The notes under the pieces are model-generated. The model did no database searches. It was not told the DNA's origin and saw nothing but the letters and a program-made list of their open reading frames with translations. A program made the translations under genes and the position numbers. From an uncultured delta proteobacterium (lineage in GTDB: Bacteria > Myxococcota_A > Polyangia > Polyangiales > Polyangiaceae), in assembly GCA_963850305.1 (NCBI GenBank), contig CAWKKR010000005.1, positions 96,001-160,000 of the forward strand: a DNA stretch of 64,000 nucleotides. The letters run 5' to 3'. Shown piece after piece: positions 46,864 to 56,315 of this stretch (position 1 is the first letter of the stretch; each line of letters begins with the position of its first letter).

Positions 46864-47139
46864 TCACACCTGCTTCTCGACGAACTTCCGGATCGAACGA
46901 GCAACGTCGAGCGCGGCGTTCGCCGAAGCCGCCGTTACTTTCTCGGCCCGCTTCGTGACCTTCCGCTGGAGCGCCTGCGTCTTGACCTCGAGATCGCCCA
47001 GCGCACGGCGCGCCTGGATCGAGAGCACCTCGAGCTTGACTCGAGCCGCATTGCGGGCGCCATCGAGCTCGCTCACTGCTTCGTTCAACGTTTTCATCGA
47101 TCCGTTCAACATCCGCGTGTCTCCTTTGGTGTGCTCCAC
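46864..47139 (-). CDS. small helical hypothetical protein
   Basis: 91-aa Lys/Ala-rich ORF; AAAGGAG precedes the internal ATG near 47112. Confidence 0.5.
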   Translation of the reverse strand: MEHTKGDTRMLNGSMKTLNEAVSELDGARNAARVKLEVLSIQARRALGDLEVKTQALQRKVTKRAEKVTAASANAALDVARSIRKFVEKQV

Positions 47140-47399
47140 GTCAGTGGTCCGCTCGCCGAATCATCCGAGCTTCGTCCCCGGGCTCCTTCGACTGCTGGAG
47201 TAGCTCCCACGAGTTTCCCGATCTGGCAAGCCGTCGAAACGCGTTCAGCCACGCGGTCATGGTCGGCCCGATGCGTGACCTGAACGTATCCCCCGCGTTT
47301 CAGAGGGGCTCCAGAACGACCGCTTCATCCTGGACGAGCCCACCGAGACTGACCGAGCAGCGGGGCGCGGGAAGCATCTCCCGGGCTCGCGCGGATCAG

Positions 47400-47670
47400 G
47401 GCAGCAATGACATCCGCTCGGGCACAGGTACTTCGAGCAATCCCCGGCGCAGTACTGCCCGGTGCCGGCGTCGTCACACTTCTCGCCCGCCGCGGCGTTG
47501 ACGACGCCGTCGCCGCAGACGACGGGCGAACAGTCGCCGTCGCAGGTCGCGGTCGCTTTGCCGTCGTCGCAGGTCTCGCCTGCTTCCACGATACCGTCGC
47601 CGCACAGGGGACGCGGATCCCGGTACTGCTTGCAAACGAAGGGCTTCGTCTCGAAGTCGCATGTGACCCG
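47400..47670 (-). pseudogene. fragment with myxobacterial Cys-rich (DUF4215-like) repeats
   Basis: CGDGIVEAGETCDDG and CGDGVVNAAAGEKCDD; flanking sequence in ORF 47257..47793 does not look protein-like. Confidence 0.55.
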
Positions 47671-47831
47671 ACCACCCTGGCGCTCGGAAAAAACACCGGA
47701 TCCCTCGGGCGGAGGGGGAGCCGAGCGTCGCCGAGGGGGTGTCGATGTGATAGAATCAAAGGTTGGTTCAGCAAGTTGGGTCGATGGCGCCACTCATCAG
47801 GGGGGCCTTCCCCCTGAAAGCGACGCTTACC

Positions 47832-49790
47832 ATGCGCACCCTCCACATCACTCTCAGTGCGCTCGGCGCGACACTGGCTCTCGGATGCTCACCCGGAAAC
47901 GCTAGTTCGGCTCCGGGGAGGGTGGGGAGCAGCTACGGCGGGGCCACGGCCGGCTCGGGCGGCGGCGGCACTTCGTTCCCGTCCGGCAACGGCGGAGGCC
48001 TGAACCTCGTCACTGTCACGCCCACCGATGCAGGCCAGTCGCCGGGGGTCGTGGCCACGGTCCTCCCGCCGACGAACACGCCCGTGAACATCGACGATTG
48101 CTCGCCGACGAACGCCGCGGGCATGAGCGCGGCGGCGGTTCAGACCCTCGAGGCGGGCAGCGGCGGTCCTGGGGATCTTCAGATCCTCAATCCGTACGAC
48201 GGCACGGTGCTCCCGCGCGGGCTCATCGCGCCGCTCCTGATGTGGAACGGCGGGGCGGGCGCCAACGTCGTCTACCTGCACATCGAGTCGAGTACCTTCG
48301 AATACAAGGGGTGCCTGGTGCCGACCGCGCCGGGCCAGCTCCAGATCCCGCAGGATGTCTGGGACCAGGCAAGCGCCCACACCGGGGGCCCGAGTGATCC
48401 CTTCACGCTCGAGCTCACCACGTCGGCGGGCGGCACCGTGACCGGCCCGGTCACGGAGACGATCATCGTCGCGCAGGCGACGCTCAAGGGAACGATCTTC
48501 TACAACAGCTACAAGTCGAAGCTCGTGCAGCCGACGGACCTCATCGGCGCGTTCACCGGTGGACAGGGTGCCGTGCTTCGTCTCGTGCCCGGCCAGCAAG
48601 CAGACGTGTTCCTCGGGCAAACGACGTGCACGGGGTGCCACGCGGTGTCGGCGAACGGCACGCGCATGGTCGCGTCCCTGATCGGCGGACCGAGTACGAC
48701 GGGTGGCTCCACGTATGCGATTCCGGTGGGCGCGCCCCCGGCCCCGCCGCAACTGGTTCCGAATGCGGTGAGCAGCAGCTTCGTCGGGGTATCGCCGGAC
48801 GGTTCACTCTATCTGTCGAATGCGCATCCGAACGGCATGGGCACACGCACGGGTGCGAGCATCGGGGCGGCCAACGCATCCCTGTACGAGACGGACACCG
48901 GGAACGAGGTTCTGAACTCGGGCCTCCCCGTGGGCGCGATGACGCCGATATTCTCACCGAGCGGCAACTTCATCGCGTTCAACGACTACGCCATCGGCAA
49001 CGGGCACGGCCTGGCCACGATGACGTTCAACCAGAGCGCGCGCACCTTCGGCGGGTACAAGCAGGTCTTCCAGATCGCCGACCAGACGAAGTTTCCCGGC
49101 TGGCCATTCTTCTTGCCGGACGAGAACGGCCTCGTGTTCGCGGTGGGCAGCGCCAGCGACTTCTCGGGCATGGCCACCGGCATCGACGTCGCGGGCATTC
49201 CCTCCGGTGCCAATGCAACCAGCGATCTCTTCATCCTGGATCTCGCGAGCGGCACCTCCACGCTACTCGCCAACGCCATGGGCTTCCGCTCCGCGCAGGA
49301 CGCGCAATCCGGAAACACGTACCTGCCGTTCGGCGCCGAAGAGCTGCACCACACGTTCTACCCGACGGTGTCGCCGGTAGCTGCGGGCGGCTATTTCTGG
49401 ATCTTCTTCGACTCCTACCGTCACTACGGCAACCACTCGGATGGCCTCGTGCGCCAGCTCTGGGGCACGGCGCTCGACATCTCGGCGAACGGCACGTACA
49501 CGACGGACCCGAGTCACCCGGCGTTCTACCTGACGGGTCAAGAAGACGTCGGCGGCAACCATCGCGCGTTCACGGCGCTCGATCCGTGCAAGACCGATGG
49601 CGCCACCTGTACGACCGGCATCGACTGCTGCGGTGGCTTCTGCACGGACGGAGTCTGTGGGGCTCCACCGCCGCCGGTGAGCGGACCGCCTCCGTGCGCC
49701 CAGACCGACGAGAAGTGCACCACGCAGAGCGACTGCTGCACCGCCAGCGACCGGTGCATCAGCGGATTCTGCGGGGAGATCCTGCACTAG
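47832..49790 (+). CDS. TolB-like beta-propeller lipoprotein with Cys-rich tail
   Basis: Lipobox ALGC, NPYDGTVLPRGL, CTGCHAVS, PIFSPSG, WIFFDSYRHYGN, C-terminal CC motifs. Confidence 0.8.
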   Translation: MRTLHITLSALGATLALGCSPGNASSAPGRVGSSYGGATAGSGGGGTSFPSGNGGGLNLVTVTPTDAGQSPGVVATVLPPTNTPVNIDDCSPTNAAGMSAAAVQTLEAGSGGPGDLQILNPYDGTVLPRGLIAPLLMWNGGAGANVVYLHIESSTFEYKGCLVPTAPGQLQIPQDVWDQASAHTGGPSDPFTLELTTSAGGTVTGPVTETIIVAQATLKGTIFYNSYKSKLVQPTDLIGAFTGGQGAVLRLVPGQQADVFLGQTTCTGCHAVSANGTRMVASLIGGPSTTGGSTYAIPVGAPPAPPQLVPNAVSSSFVGVSPDGSLYLSNAHPNGMGTRTGASIGAANASLYETDTGNEVLNSGLPVGAMTPIFSPSGNFIAFNDYAIGNGHGLATMTFNQSARTFGGYKQVFQIADQTKFPGWPFFLPDENGLVFAVGSASDFSGMATGIDVAGIPSGANATSDLFILDLASGTSTLLANAMGFRSAQDAQSGNTYLPFGAEELHHTFYPTVSPVAAGGYFWIFFDSYRHYGNHSDGLVRQLWGTALDISANGTYTTDPSHPAFYLTGQEDVGGNHRAFTALDPCKTDGATCTTGIDCCGGFCTDGVCGAPPPPVSGPPPCAQTDEKCTTQSDCCTASDRCISGFCGEILH

Positions 49791-49820
49791 CGCGGCGGTC
49801 GAGCGGAGCGCGGGTCGCGC

Positions 49821-50444
49821 CTATGTCGGCGGCATCAGGCGCTTGCGAAACTCGTCGGTCGTATTGACGTGCGGAAACGGCTCCTCCGGAACCGGGAGAC
49901 CGAGTCCGGTACAGAGCGGTCCCCAGCCGTCCGCAGCGCGCCACTCGACCAGTCGATTTGCCGGGATGCGACGGCGCACTTCCTCGGTGTGCCGCTCGAA
50001 CGCCGCGATCGAGGCGGCTCGATTGTCCACCGCGCCCTCCACGAAGCGCCGGTTCAGGAGATCGGTCACCATGCCCAGCCAGGGCGTGTTCTCGCCTCGG
50101 GCGATCTGCCGACGCAATCCTTCGAAGATGGTCGCGTCCGCGCTCTTCCACCAGCTCGCCGCGTCCCTGAGCGAGAGAAGGACGATGGCGTCCGGAAAGG
50201 CTTCCGCCATTTCCTCGTAGAACGCGGACGCCGGCCAATCGACGGCGGCGACGTAACCGGAGAGCAGCGCCGGAAAGTCGACCTTTTCGCCGCGCGCGGC
50301 CGCGTGCCAGACCGGCACGTGTTCCGGGTGCGGGAACACTTCCACCATGTGATAGCAGGGGCCACCGAGGAGCCGCTCGAGCGCAAGCTTCAGAGAGTGA
50401 GTTCCAGTCCGTCCTAGCCCAGCGCCGACTACACGCATCGCCAT
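49821..50444 (-). CDS. sulfotransferase-family P-loop protein
   Basis: VVGAGLGRTGTHSLKLALE...PCYHM, AAVDWP, GWGPLC...PFPHVN. Confidence 0.88.
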   Translation of the reverse strand: MAMRVVGAGLGRTGTHSLKLALERLLGGPCYHMVEVFPHPEHVPVWHAAARGEKVDFPALLSGYVAAVDWPASAFYEEMAEAFPDAIVLLSLRDAASWWKSADATIFEGLRRQIARGENTPWLGMVTDLLNRRFVEGAVDNRAASIAAFERHTEEVRRRIPANRLVEWRAADGWGPLCTGLGLPVPEEPFPHVNTTDEFRKRLMPPT

Positions 50445-50579
50445 TTATGGAGCCTCCAGCGCAGGACGGTATCCGTTCGCATCGCGTGCCACAACCCGAG
50501 AAAAAGTCGCGCGCGCCGTCACCTGCGCGATGGACTGGAGCTTCGATCCATTGCCGCCTCTCTGGCGCTCGCGTACTGG

Positions 50580-51521
50580 ATGCGGCGAATGAAGCCGAGC
50601 CCGCGCGCCCCTGAACGCATCGTCTCGTTGCTGGCGAGCGGCACGGAGCTCGTGTGTGCGCTCGGGTTGGGGGACAAGCTCGTCGGACGATCGCACGAGT
50701 GCGATCATCCGGAGTGGGTCAAGCGCCTGCCGCAGGTGAGCCGGCCGACGTTCGACGTGACCGGCTCGAGCCACGACATCGACGAGCTCGTGCGGCAGCG
50801 CCTGCATGCGGGCGACCCTCTTTACGTCGTCGACGAGGCGCTGCTGACGTCGCTCGCGCCGGACGTCGTCATCACGCAGACGCACTGCGAGGTCTGCGCC
50901 GTGAGTCCCGCCAATCTCGCGCACGGCGGCGCGCCCCGGCTCGTGCGTGAGCGCGTCGTCGCGCTTCACGCGAGCACGCTCGACGGCATCCTGGACGATT
51001 TCATGGACGTGGCGCGAGTGCTCGCCCGGGTGGACGCCGGACGCGCGCTCGTCGAGCGAGAGCGCGCCCGTCTCGCAGCCGTCGAGGCGCGCACGCGCTC
51101 GCTCGAAAGGCCGCGCGTCGTCTGTCTCGAGTGGGCGGACCCCGTCTTCGCGATGAGCAACTGGGGACCGGAGCTCGTCGAGTTCGCAGGGGGCGAGAAC
51201 ACGCTCGGCGCTCCCGGCGCCCATTCCACGACGATTCCCTGGAACACCGTTGCGGATGTGGACCCCGATGTGCTCGTGCTGGCGCCCTGCGGGTTCGGTC
51301 TCGAGCGCGCGCTCCGTGAGATGCCGCTGCTCGAGCGCCAGCCCCGGTGGGGCGAGCTTCGAGCGGTGAAAGAGAAGCGCGTGTTCGTCGCGGACGGCAA
51401 TCTCTACTTCAACCGCTCCGGTCCCAGCGTCTTCGAGACCGCCGAGATTCTCGCGGAGATCCTTCACCCCGGGGCGTTCCCCCCGGAGCACGAGGGGCGC
51501 GCCTGGAAGTCCTGGGGCTGA
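50580..51521 (+). CDS. BtuF-like cobalamin/Fe-siderophore-binding protein
   Basis: RIVSLLASGTELVCALG...VGRSHECDHP, DGNLYFNRSGP. Confidence 0.85.
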   Translation: MRRMKPSPRAPERIVSLLASGTELVCALGLGDKLVGRSHECDHPEWVKRLPQVSRPTFDVTGSSHDIDELVRQRLHAGDPLYVVDEALLTSLAPDVVITQTHCEVCAVSPANLAHGGAPRLVRERVVALHASTLDGILDDFMDVARVLARVDAGRALVERERARLAAVEARTRSLERPRVVCLEWADPVFAMSNWGPELVEFAGGENTLGAPGAHSTTIPWNTVADVDPDVLVLAPCGFGLERALREMPLLERQPRWGELRAVKEKRVFVADGNLYFNRSGPSVFETAEILAEILHPGAFPPEHEGRAWKSWG

Positions 51522-51587
51522 GCCTGTGCCACGCTTGTCGTGGGCTCGTCGATGCCCTAGGCACTCCTCTCAACCAGGGAGAGTGAC

Positions 51588-52235
51588 ATGAGCAAAGTCG
51601 CGGTATTGGGTTCCGGGCAGGTCGGGCAGGTCCTTGCGGATGGCTTCCTGAAGCACGGGCACGCCGTGATGCGAGCGAGTCGGGATCCGGCGAAGCTCGC
51701 GGCGTGGAAAGCGGGAGCAGGAGCGAAGGCGAGCACGGGCACCTTCGCGGAAGCGGCCAAGTGGGGCGACCTCGTCGTGCTCGCCGTGAAAGGCGCCGCT
51801 GCGGAGCAGGTCGTCGAGCAAGCGGGGGTGGGGAACCTCGCCGGCAAGGTCGTTCTCGACACGACCAACCCCATTGCCGAATCGCCGCCGCAAAATGGCG
51901 TCCTCCGCTTCTTCACGAACCTCGACGAATCGCTCATGGAGCGACTTCAGAAAAAAGCCCCCGCCGCACATTTCGTGAAGGCCTTCTCCTGCGTGGGGAG
52001 CGCGCTCATGGTCGACCCCGTCCTTTCCGGTGGACCTCCGACGATGTTCATCTGCGGCAGCAACCCCGGAGCAAAGGCGACGGCGCGTGAGCTCCTGACC
52101 CAGTTCGGGTGGGAAACGGCGGACATGGGTGCGATAGAAGCCGCGCGCGCCATAGAGCCCTTGTGCATCCTCTGGTGCATCCCCGGCATGACCGGCGGCG
52201 GCTGGACCCACGCCTTCAAGCTCCTGCGGTCCTAG
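51588..52235 (+). CDS. NADPH-dependent F420 reductase-like dinucleotide-binding protein
   Basis: VAVLGSGQVG, KVVLDTTNP, VKAF, ARAIEPL. Confidence 0.88.
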   Translation: MSKVAVLGSGQVGQVLADGFLKHGHAVMRASRDPAKLAAWKAGAGAKASTGTFAEAAKWGDLVVLAVKGAAAEQVVEQAGVGNLAGKVVLDTTNPIAESPPQNGVLRFFTNLDESLMERLQKKAPAAHFVKAFSCVGSALMVDPVLSGGPPTMFICGSNPGAKATARELLTQFGWETADMGAIEAARAIEPLCILWCIPGMTGGGWTHAFKLLRS

Positions 52236-52378
52236 ACCAACCCTCGCTCCACGCGAGCCGACAGGCAGGGCCCCGTCGGCCGCCGAGACCACGATCGGCC
52301 AAAAAAGGGCGCGTGAGAAATGCCGGCATGGCCGGCGAGGGCCGCTCGCAGATAGCGAACGACGCGATGCGGGCTAGT

Positions 52379-52426
52379 CAAAGAGTCAAAGAGCCAAAGA
52401 GCCAAAGAGCCAAAGAGCCAAAGAGC
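52379..52426. repeat. 8-bp tandem repeat (CAAAGAGC)x6
   Basis: Six contiguous units, the first being CAAAGAGT. Confidence 0.92.
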
Positions 52427-52498
52427 CCTAGTAAATGGCCGCCTCGCCAGGCTACGCTCGAGAGTCCGTCTTTAGCATCGGATCAAGGAGCCCTGGCA

Positions 52499-53080
52499 AT
52501 GCACAGAGTGATGGTGGGAGCGGTACTGGCGAGTGTGATTGGGGGCACGTGGGGATGCGTGCCGCGTCTAGCAACAGAGGAGGAACGCGTATTTTCCGCG
52601 CGATCCGTCGTGAATGTGGCGCCCGGGTCGTCGCCGCCGCTCGTGGGGACGTATGATTTCGACTTGCTCGGCGATGCGCAGGGACAAGCCTGCGCGGAAT
52701 GGGGCGACATGAACAAGCTCGGATTCCGGCAGATCCTCGTCGACGGACACCCGGCCATCTACACGGCCGCGGTCGCTGGCGCGACCTTCGACAGCGACGA
52801 TCCCCTCGTCCGGCAAGCGGAGTCGGCGGCCGTGTTCAACGCGCTCAGCAAGCTGAACGGCGCAGATCTGATGTTCGTCACGCGATCGTCGTTGACCTCG
52901 GACACGGCGGAAAAGCTCTGCGCGACGGTCTGGGGGCAGATCGTTCGATTGAAGAAGGGGCCAACGCTGTCGCCGAAGGCCATCGCAGAGCTGCCGGCGA
53001 CCATGCCGTCGCCGTCGCCGGCGCCAGGCACGGCACCGCCGCCCCCGCCGGCCGCCGCGCCCGCGCCCGCCGCTCAGTAG
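52499..53080 (+). CDS. hypothetical lipoprotein with Pro/Ala-rich tail
   Basis: AAGGAG ribosome-binding site; signal peptide ending in TWGC. Confidence 0.7.
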   Translation: MHRVMVGAVLASVIGGTWGCVPRLATEEERVFSARSVVNVAPGSSPPLVGTYDFDLLGDAQGQACAEWGDMNKLGFRQILVDGHPAIYTAAVAGATFDSDDPLVRQAESAAVFNALSKLNGADLMFVTRSSLTSDTAEKLCATVWGQIVRLKKGPTLSPKAIAELPATMPSPSPAPGTAPPPPPAAAPAPAAQ

Positions 53081-53210
53081 ATGCCCATCGGCGAGAGCGC
53101 CTTCCCCGAAGCATGAAGCTCGGGTCGTCGCGTGGACGGTGGAGTCGAGTGTATCCTGCCGCGGCGTCGGGAACGAGGTCGGCCGTGACTTGGTGCCAAG
53201 AACCCGTTCA

Positions 53211-53340
53211 GTAGTTCCGCATCGACGAGCAGCGTCGTCCCCGAGGAATGAAAGCGGTGCGGAACTACCGAGCGCAGCGAGTACCGGGGGGAGGGGTTGC
53301 GTAGCAAGCCCCGGGGGGCGGGCAACGCCCCCCTTTCCTA
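53211..53340 (+). repeat. GTAG-hairpin repeat element, copy 3 (head plus 1 divergent unit)
   Basis: Head at 53211-53268; unit ends CCCCCTTTCCTA at the IS110 junction. Confidence 0.85.
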
Positions 53341-53344
53341 GTAG

Positions 53345-53455
53345 ATGGACCCGGAGCCCTGCGAGCACCCCGAATTGTGACCACGGGTCGAAAGATTCCG
53401 GGAGCACGCCTAGTAGACTTCGATGACGAGGGCTCCTCTCGACGCGCCGAAAGGA
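53345..53455 (+). ncRNA. candidate bridge RNA (IS110 left non-coding end)
   Basis: Stem GGAGCCCT (53353-53360) with AGGGCTCC (53429-53436), nested hairpins, CCTAGTAGA at 53409-53417 matching the junction; function inferred from IS110 biology. Confidence 0.6.
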
Positions 53456-53459
53456 GGAG

Positions 53460-54692
53460 ATGGTCATGGAAGTCATGTATCCCCGTTGCGCGGGCCTCGA
53501 CGTCCACAAGGATAGCGTCGTTGCCTGCGTGCGCTGCGTCAGCGAACCAACGCGGCGCGAGGTCCGAACGTTCGGCACGACCACACGTAGCCTCTTCGAG
53601 CTGGCGGAATGGCTCGAGGAGCACGGCGTGACCCACGTGGCGATGGAGGCCACCGGCGTGTACTGGAAGCCGGTCTGGCACATGCTCGAAGGGAGCTTCG
53701 AACTCGTGCTCGCGAACGCCCAGCACATTCGCAACGTGCCAGGGCGCAAGACCGACGTGAACGACGCGACGTGGATCGCCGATCTGCTCGCGCACGGGCT
53801 GATCCGCAGCAGTTTCGTGCCTCCTGCGCGAATCCAGGAGCTGCGCGATCTCACTCGAACGCGCAAGCAGCTCGTGCGAGAAATCGCCCAGCACACGCTG
53901 CGCATACAGAAAACGCTCGAGGACTCGAACATCAAGGTCGCGAGCGTCCTGTCCAGCGTGCTCGGGACCAGCGGCCGGGCGATGCTCGCCGCTCTCATCG
54001 CCGGAGAAGATGACCCCGAGCGCCTTGCCGATCTCGCGGTCGGTACCGCGCGCAAGAAGAGGGCCGACTTGATCGAAGCGCTGCGCGGGCGGGTTACCCC
54101 TCATCACCGAGCCATGCTGAAGCTGCATCTCGGCGTCATCGGCTCGCTCGAAGGGGCCCTGGCCGAGATCGATGCAGCTGCGGGAAAAGCGCTGGAGCCG
54201 ATCCGGGCGCACGCCGAGATCCTGACGACGATGCCGGGAGTGAGTGACATCGTCGCGAACGTGATCGTGGCGGAGATCGGCGTCGACATGTCGCGCTTCC
54301 CGTCTGCGGGACACCTCGTGTCCTGGGCCGGCCTCTGCCCCCGCAACGACGAGAGCGCCGGCAAGCGTCGCTCGACGCGCGTCCGCAAGAGCGCCAACTG
54401 GCTCAAGACGACGCTCGTCACATCCGCCTGGGCCGCGGTGCGCACGAAGGAAAGCTACCTTCGAGCCCAGTTTCTCCGGCTCAAGTCCCGCCGTGGAGCA
54501 AAGAAGGCGATCTTGGCCGTCGCCGCATCGATGCTCACCGCCGCCTTCTACATGCTCCGCGACGGCACTCCCTACCGCGACCTCGGACCCCATCACTTCG
54601 ACCGCCGCGACCAGAGCAAGACCATCAAACGCCTCGTCCGCCGCTTGACCGACCTCGGCTGCGAAGTCGAGATCAAACCTCATGCGGCGTAG
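53460..54692 (+). CDS. IS110-family DEDD recombinase/transposase
   Basis: AGLDVHKD, VAMEATGVYW, GRKTDVNDA, LVSWAGLCPRNDESAGK. Confidence 0.96.
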   Translation: MVMEVMYPRCAGLDVHKDSVVACVRCVSEPTRREVRTFGTTTRSLFELAEWLEEHGVTHVAMEATGVYWKPVWHMLEGSFELVLANAQHIRNVPGRKTDVNDATWIADLLAHGLIRSSFVPPARIQELRDLTRTRKQLVREIAQHTLRIQKTLEDSNIKVASVLSSVLGTSGRAMLAALIAGEDDPERLADLAVGTARKKRADLIEALRGRVTPHHRAMLKLHLGVIGSLEGALAEIDAAAGKALEPIRAHAEILTTMPGVSDIVANVIVAEIGVDMSRFPSAGHLVSWAGLCPRNDESAGKRRSTRVRKSANWLKTTLVTSAWAAVRTKESYLRAQFLRLKSRRGAKKAILAVAASMLTAAFYMLRDGTPYRDLGPHHFDRRDQSKTIKRLVRRLTDLGCEVEIKPHAA

Positions 54693-54701
54693 AGCTTCCT
54701 A

Positions 54702-55111
54702 GTAGTTCCGCACCGACGAGCACCGTCGTCCCCGAGGGATCAAAGAGCTGCGGAACTACGCGAGCGCAGCGAGCGCGCCGAAGGCGGCGGGGGAGCGGTC
54801 GCGGAGCGAGCCGCGGGGGTCAAGACCCCCTTGCGAACACGAGCCCGCCGAAGGCGGCGGGGGAGCGGTTGCGAAGCAAGCCGCGGGGGTCAAGACCCCC
54901 TTGCGAACACGAGCGCGCCGAAGGCGGCGGGGGAGCGGTCGCGAAGCGAGCCGCGGGGGTCAAGACCCCCTTGCGAACACGAGCGCGCCGAAGGCGGCGG
55001 GGGAGCGGTCGCGAAGCGAGCCGCGGGGGTCAAGACCCCCTTGCGAACACGAGCCCGCCGAAGGCGGCGGGGGAGCGGTCGCGAAGCAAGCCGCGGGGGT
55101 CAAGACCCCCC
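54702..55111 (+). repeat. GTAG-hairpin repeat element, copy 4 (head plus 5 units of 70 bp)
   Basis: Head at 54702-54759; period 70 (54781, 54851, 54921, 54991, 55061). Confidence 0.93.
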
Positions 55112-55148
55112 TTGAGCAGCCCTGGCCGGGTAAGGACCTCGCTGCAGT

Positions 55149-56150
55149 TCAGTACGGCGCCTCGCCGATGTAGTTGCCGGCGGGGCTGTAGTTGCAGATC
55201 CAGATGTCTTCTTGGAACGCGCCGTCCTGGCAGGTCGAGACGCCGCAGCCGAGCTGGGTGCTGTTCCGCCAAACGATCTGCGTGTAATGGCCGCACCCGT
55301 CGCTGTTGAGCGCCTCGTAGCACGTCGGATTGCATTGCTCGGTCCCGGAGATCGTCCCGTACGTCCAGCACGACTCCTCCGCGGCCCAGCCGCTCACGGC
55401 TTGCTGCGCCGTACTTCCGTTGCCGCCGGCATACCTGAAGACGGCGAGGTTTTCTCCGTACCCCACCTGCTCGAGTTCTTGCTCCGTGCGGTGGTGCGGG
55501 CTGGCGCAGTCGGTCTGCGCGAGGCTATCGGCCCATTGCTGTGCATACGCGGCGATCGTCGGTGACCACGTGAGCGGTGGCAACGGTGTCGAAGTCTGGA
55601 CCGCCGCGCGCACGGCGTTGTGTGCGGCCGTGATACCGGCGAGCCGTCCCGTTTCGGGATCACCGCCACTCGACCCGCCGGTGCCGGCACCCCCCGCCCC
55701 AGCGCCACCGTTGCCGATCGCGCCACCGTTGCCGATCGCGCCACCGTTGCCGATCGCGCCACCGTTGCCGATCGCGCCACCGTTGCCGGAGCCGATCGCG
55801 CCACCGTTGCCGATCGCGCCGCCGTTGCCGATCGCGCCACCGTTGCCGGAGCCGATCGCGCCACCGTTGCCGGAGCCGATCGCGCCACCGCTGCCGATCG
55901 CGCCACCGTTGCCGGAGCCGATCGCGCCACCGTTGCCGATCGCGCCGCCGTTCCCGGAGGCGTTCGCACCACCATTACCGACTGCGCCCCCGTTTCCACC
56001 GAACACCATCGCGCCGCCCTGACTTCCGTTCCCGAGTTGCGATGGCGGCGGGCTCGCGCCGTCCGCGCTGCACGCGACGGCGCCCAAAGTGCACCCGGCG
56101 GCCACTACCGCGCACCACAGTCGAGACGTCTGCGCCATCACACACCTCAT
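55149..56150 (-). CDS. CAP (SCP/PR-1) domain lipoprotein with GNGGAI repeats
   Basis: Lipobox AVAC, HNAVRA, YGENL, CGHYTQIVW, ICNYSPAGNYIG. Confidence 0.9.
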   Translation of the reverse strand: MRCVMAQTSRLWCAVVAAGCTLGAVACSADGASPPPSQLGNGSQGGAMVFGGNGGAVGNGGANASGNGGAIGNGGAIGSGNGGAIGSGGAIGSGNGGAIGSGNGGAIGNGGAIGNGGAIGSGNGGAIGNGGAIGNGGAIGNGGAIGNGGAGAGGAGTGGSSGGDPETGRLAGITAAHNAVRAAVQTSTPLPPLTWSPTIAAYAQQWADSLAQTDCASPHHRTEQELEQVGYGENLAVFRYAGGNGSTAQQAVSGWAAEESCWTYGTISGTEQCNPTCYEALNSDGCGHYTQIVWRNSTQLGCGVSTCQDGAFQEDIWICNYSPAGNYIGEAPY

Positions 56151-56315
56151 GGCAAAAGAAGAGGCCCGACTCTAGCGAGCCATCGCTTGATCCGACATCG
56201 ACAAATCCAATTTTGCTTCGGGACGACAGTGACGGCGGAGACGTTTCAGCGGAGCGCAACGCGAGGGCGTGCTGGTGTGAAATGCCGTCCGAAGTGCAAT
56301 CCCGGGAGCCGGTGG

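Larger units (their letters stand above)
53339..54702 (+). mobile_element. IS110-family element without terminal inverted repeats
   Basis: Identical TTCCTAGTAG at 53335-53344 and 54696-54705; the crossover lies somewhere within this core. Confidence 0.9.

Noticed and set aside
54760..55111. 70-bp arrays (also at 35.3, 59.0 and 61.9 kb) as CRISPR or as repeat-protein genes
   Set aside because: No unique spacers; conservation follows DNA hairpins rather than codons
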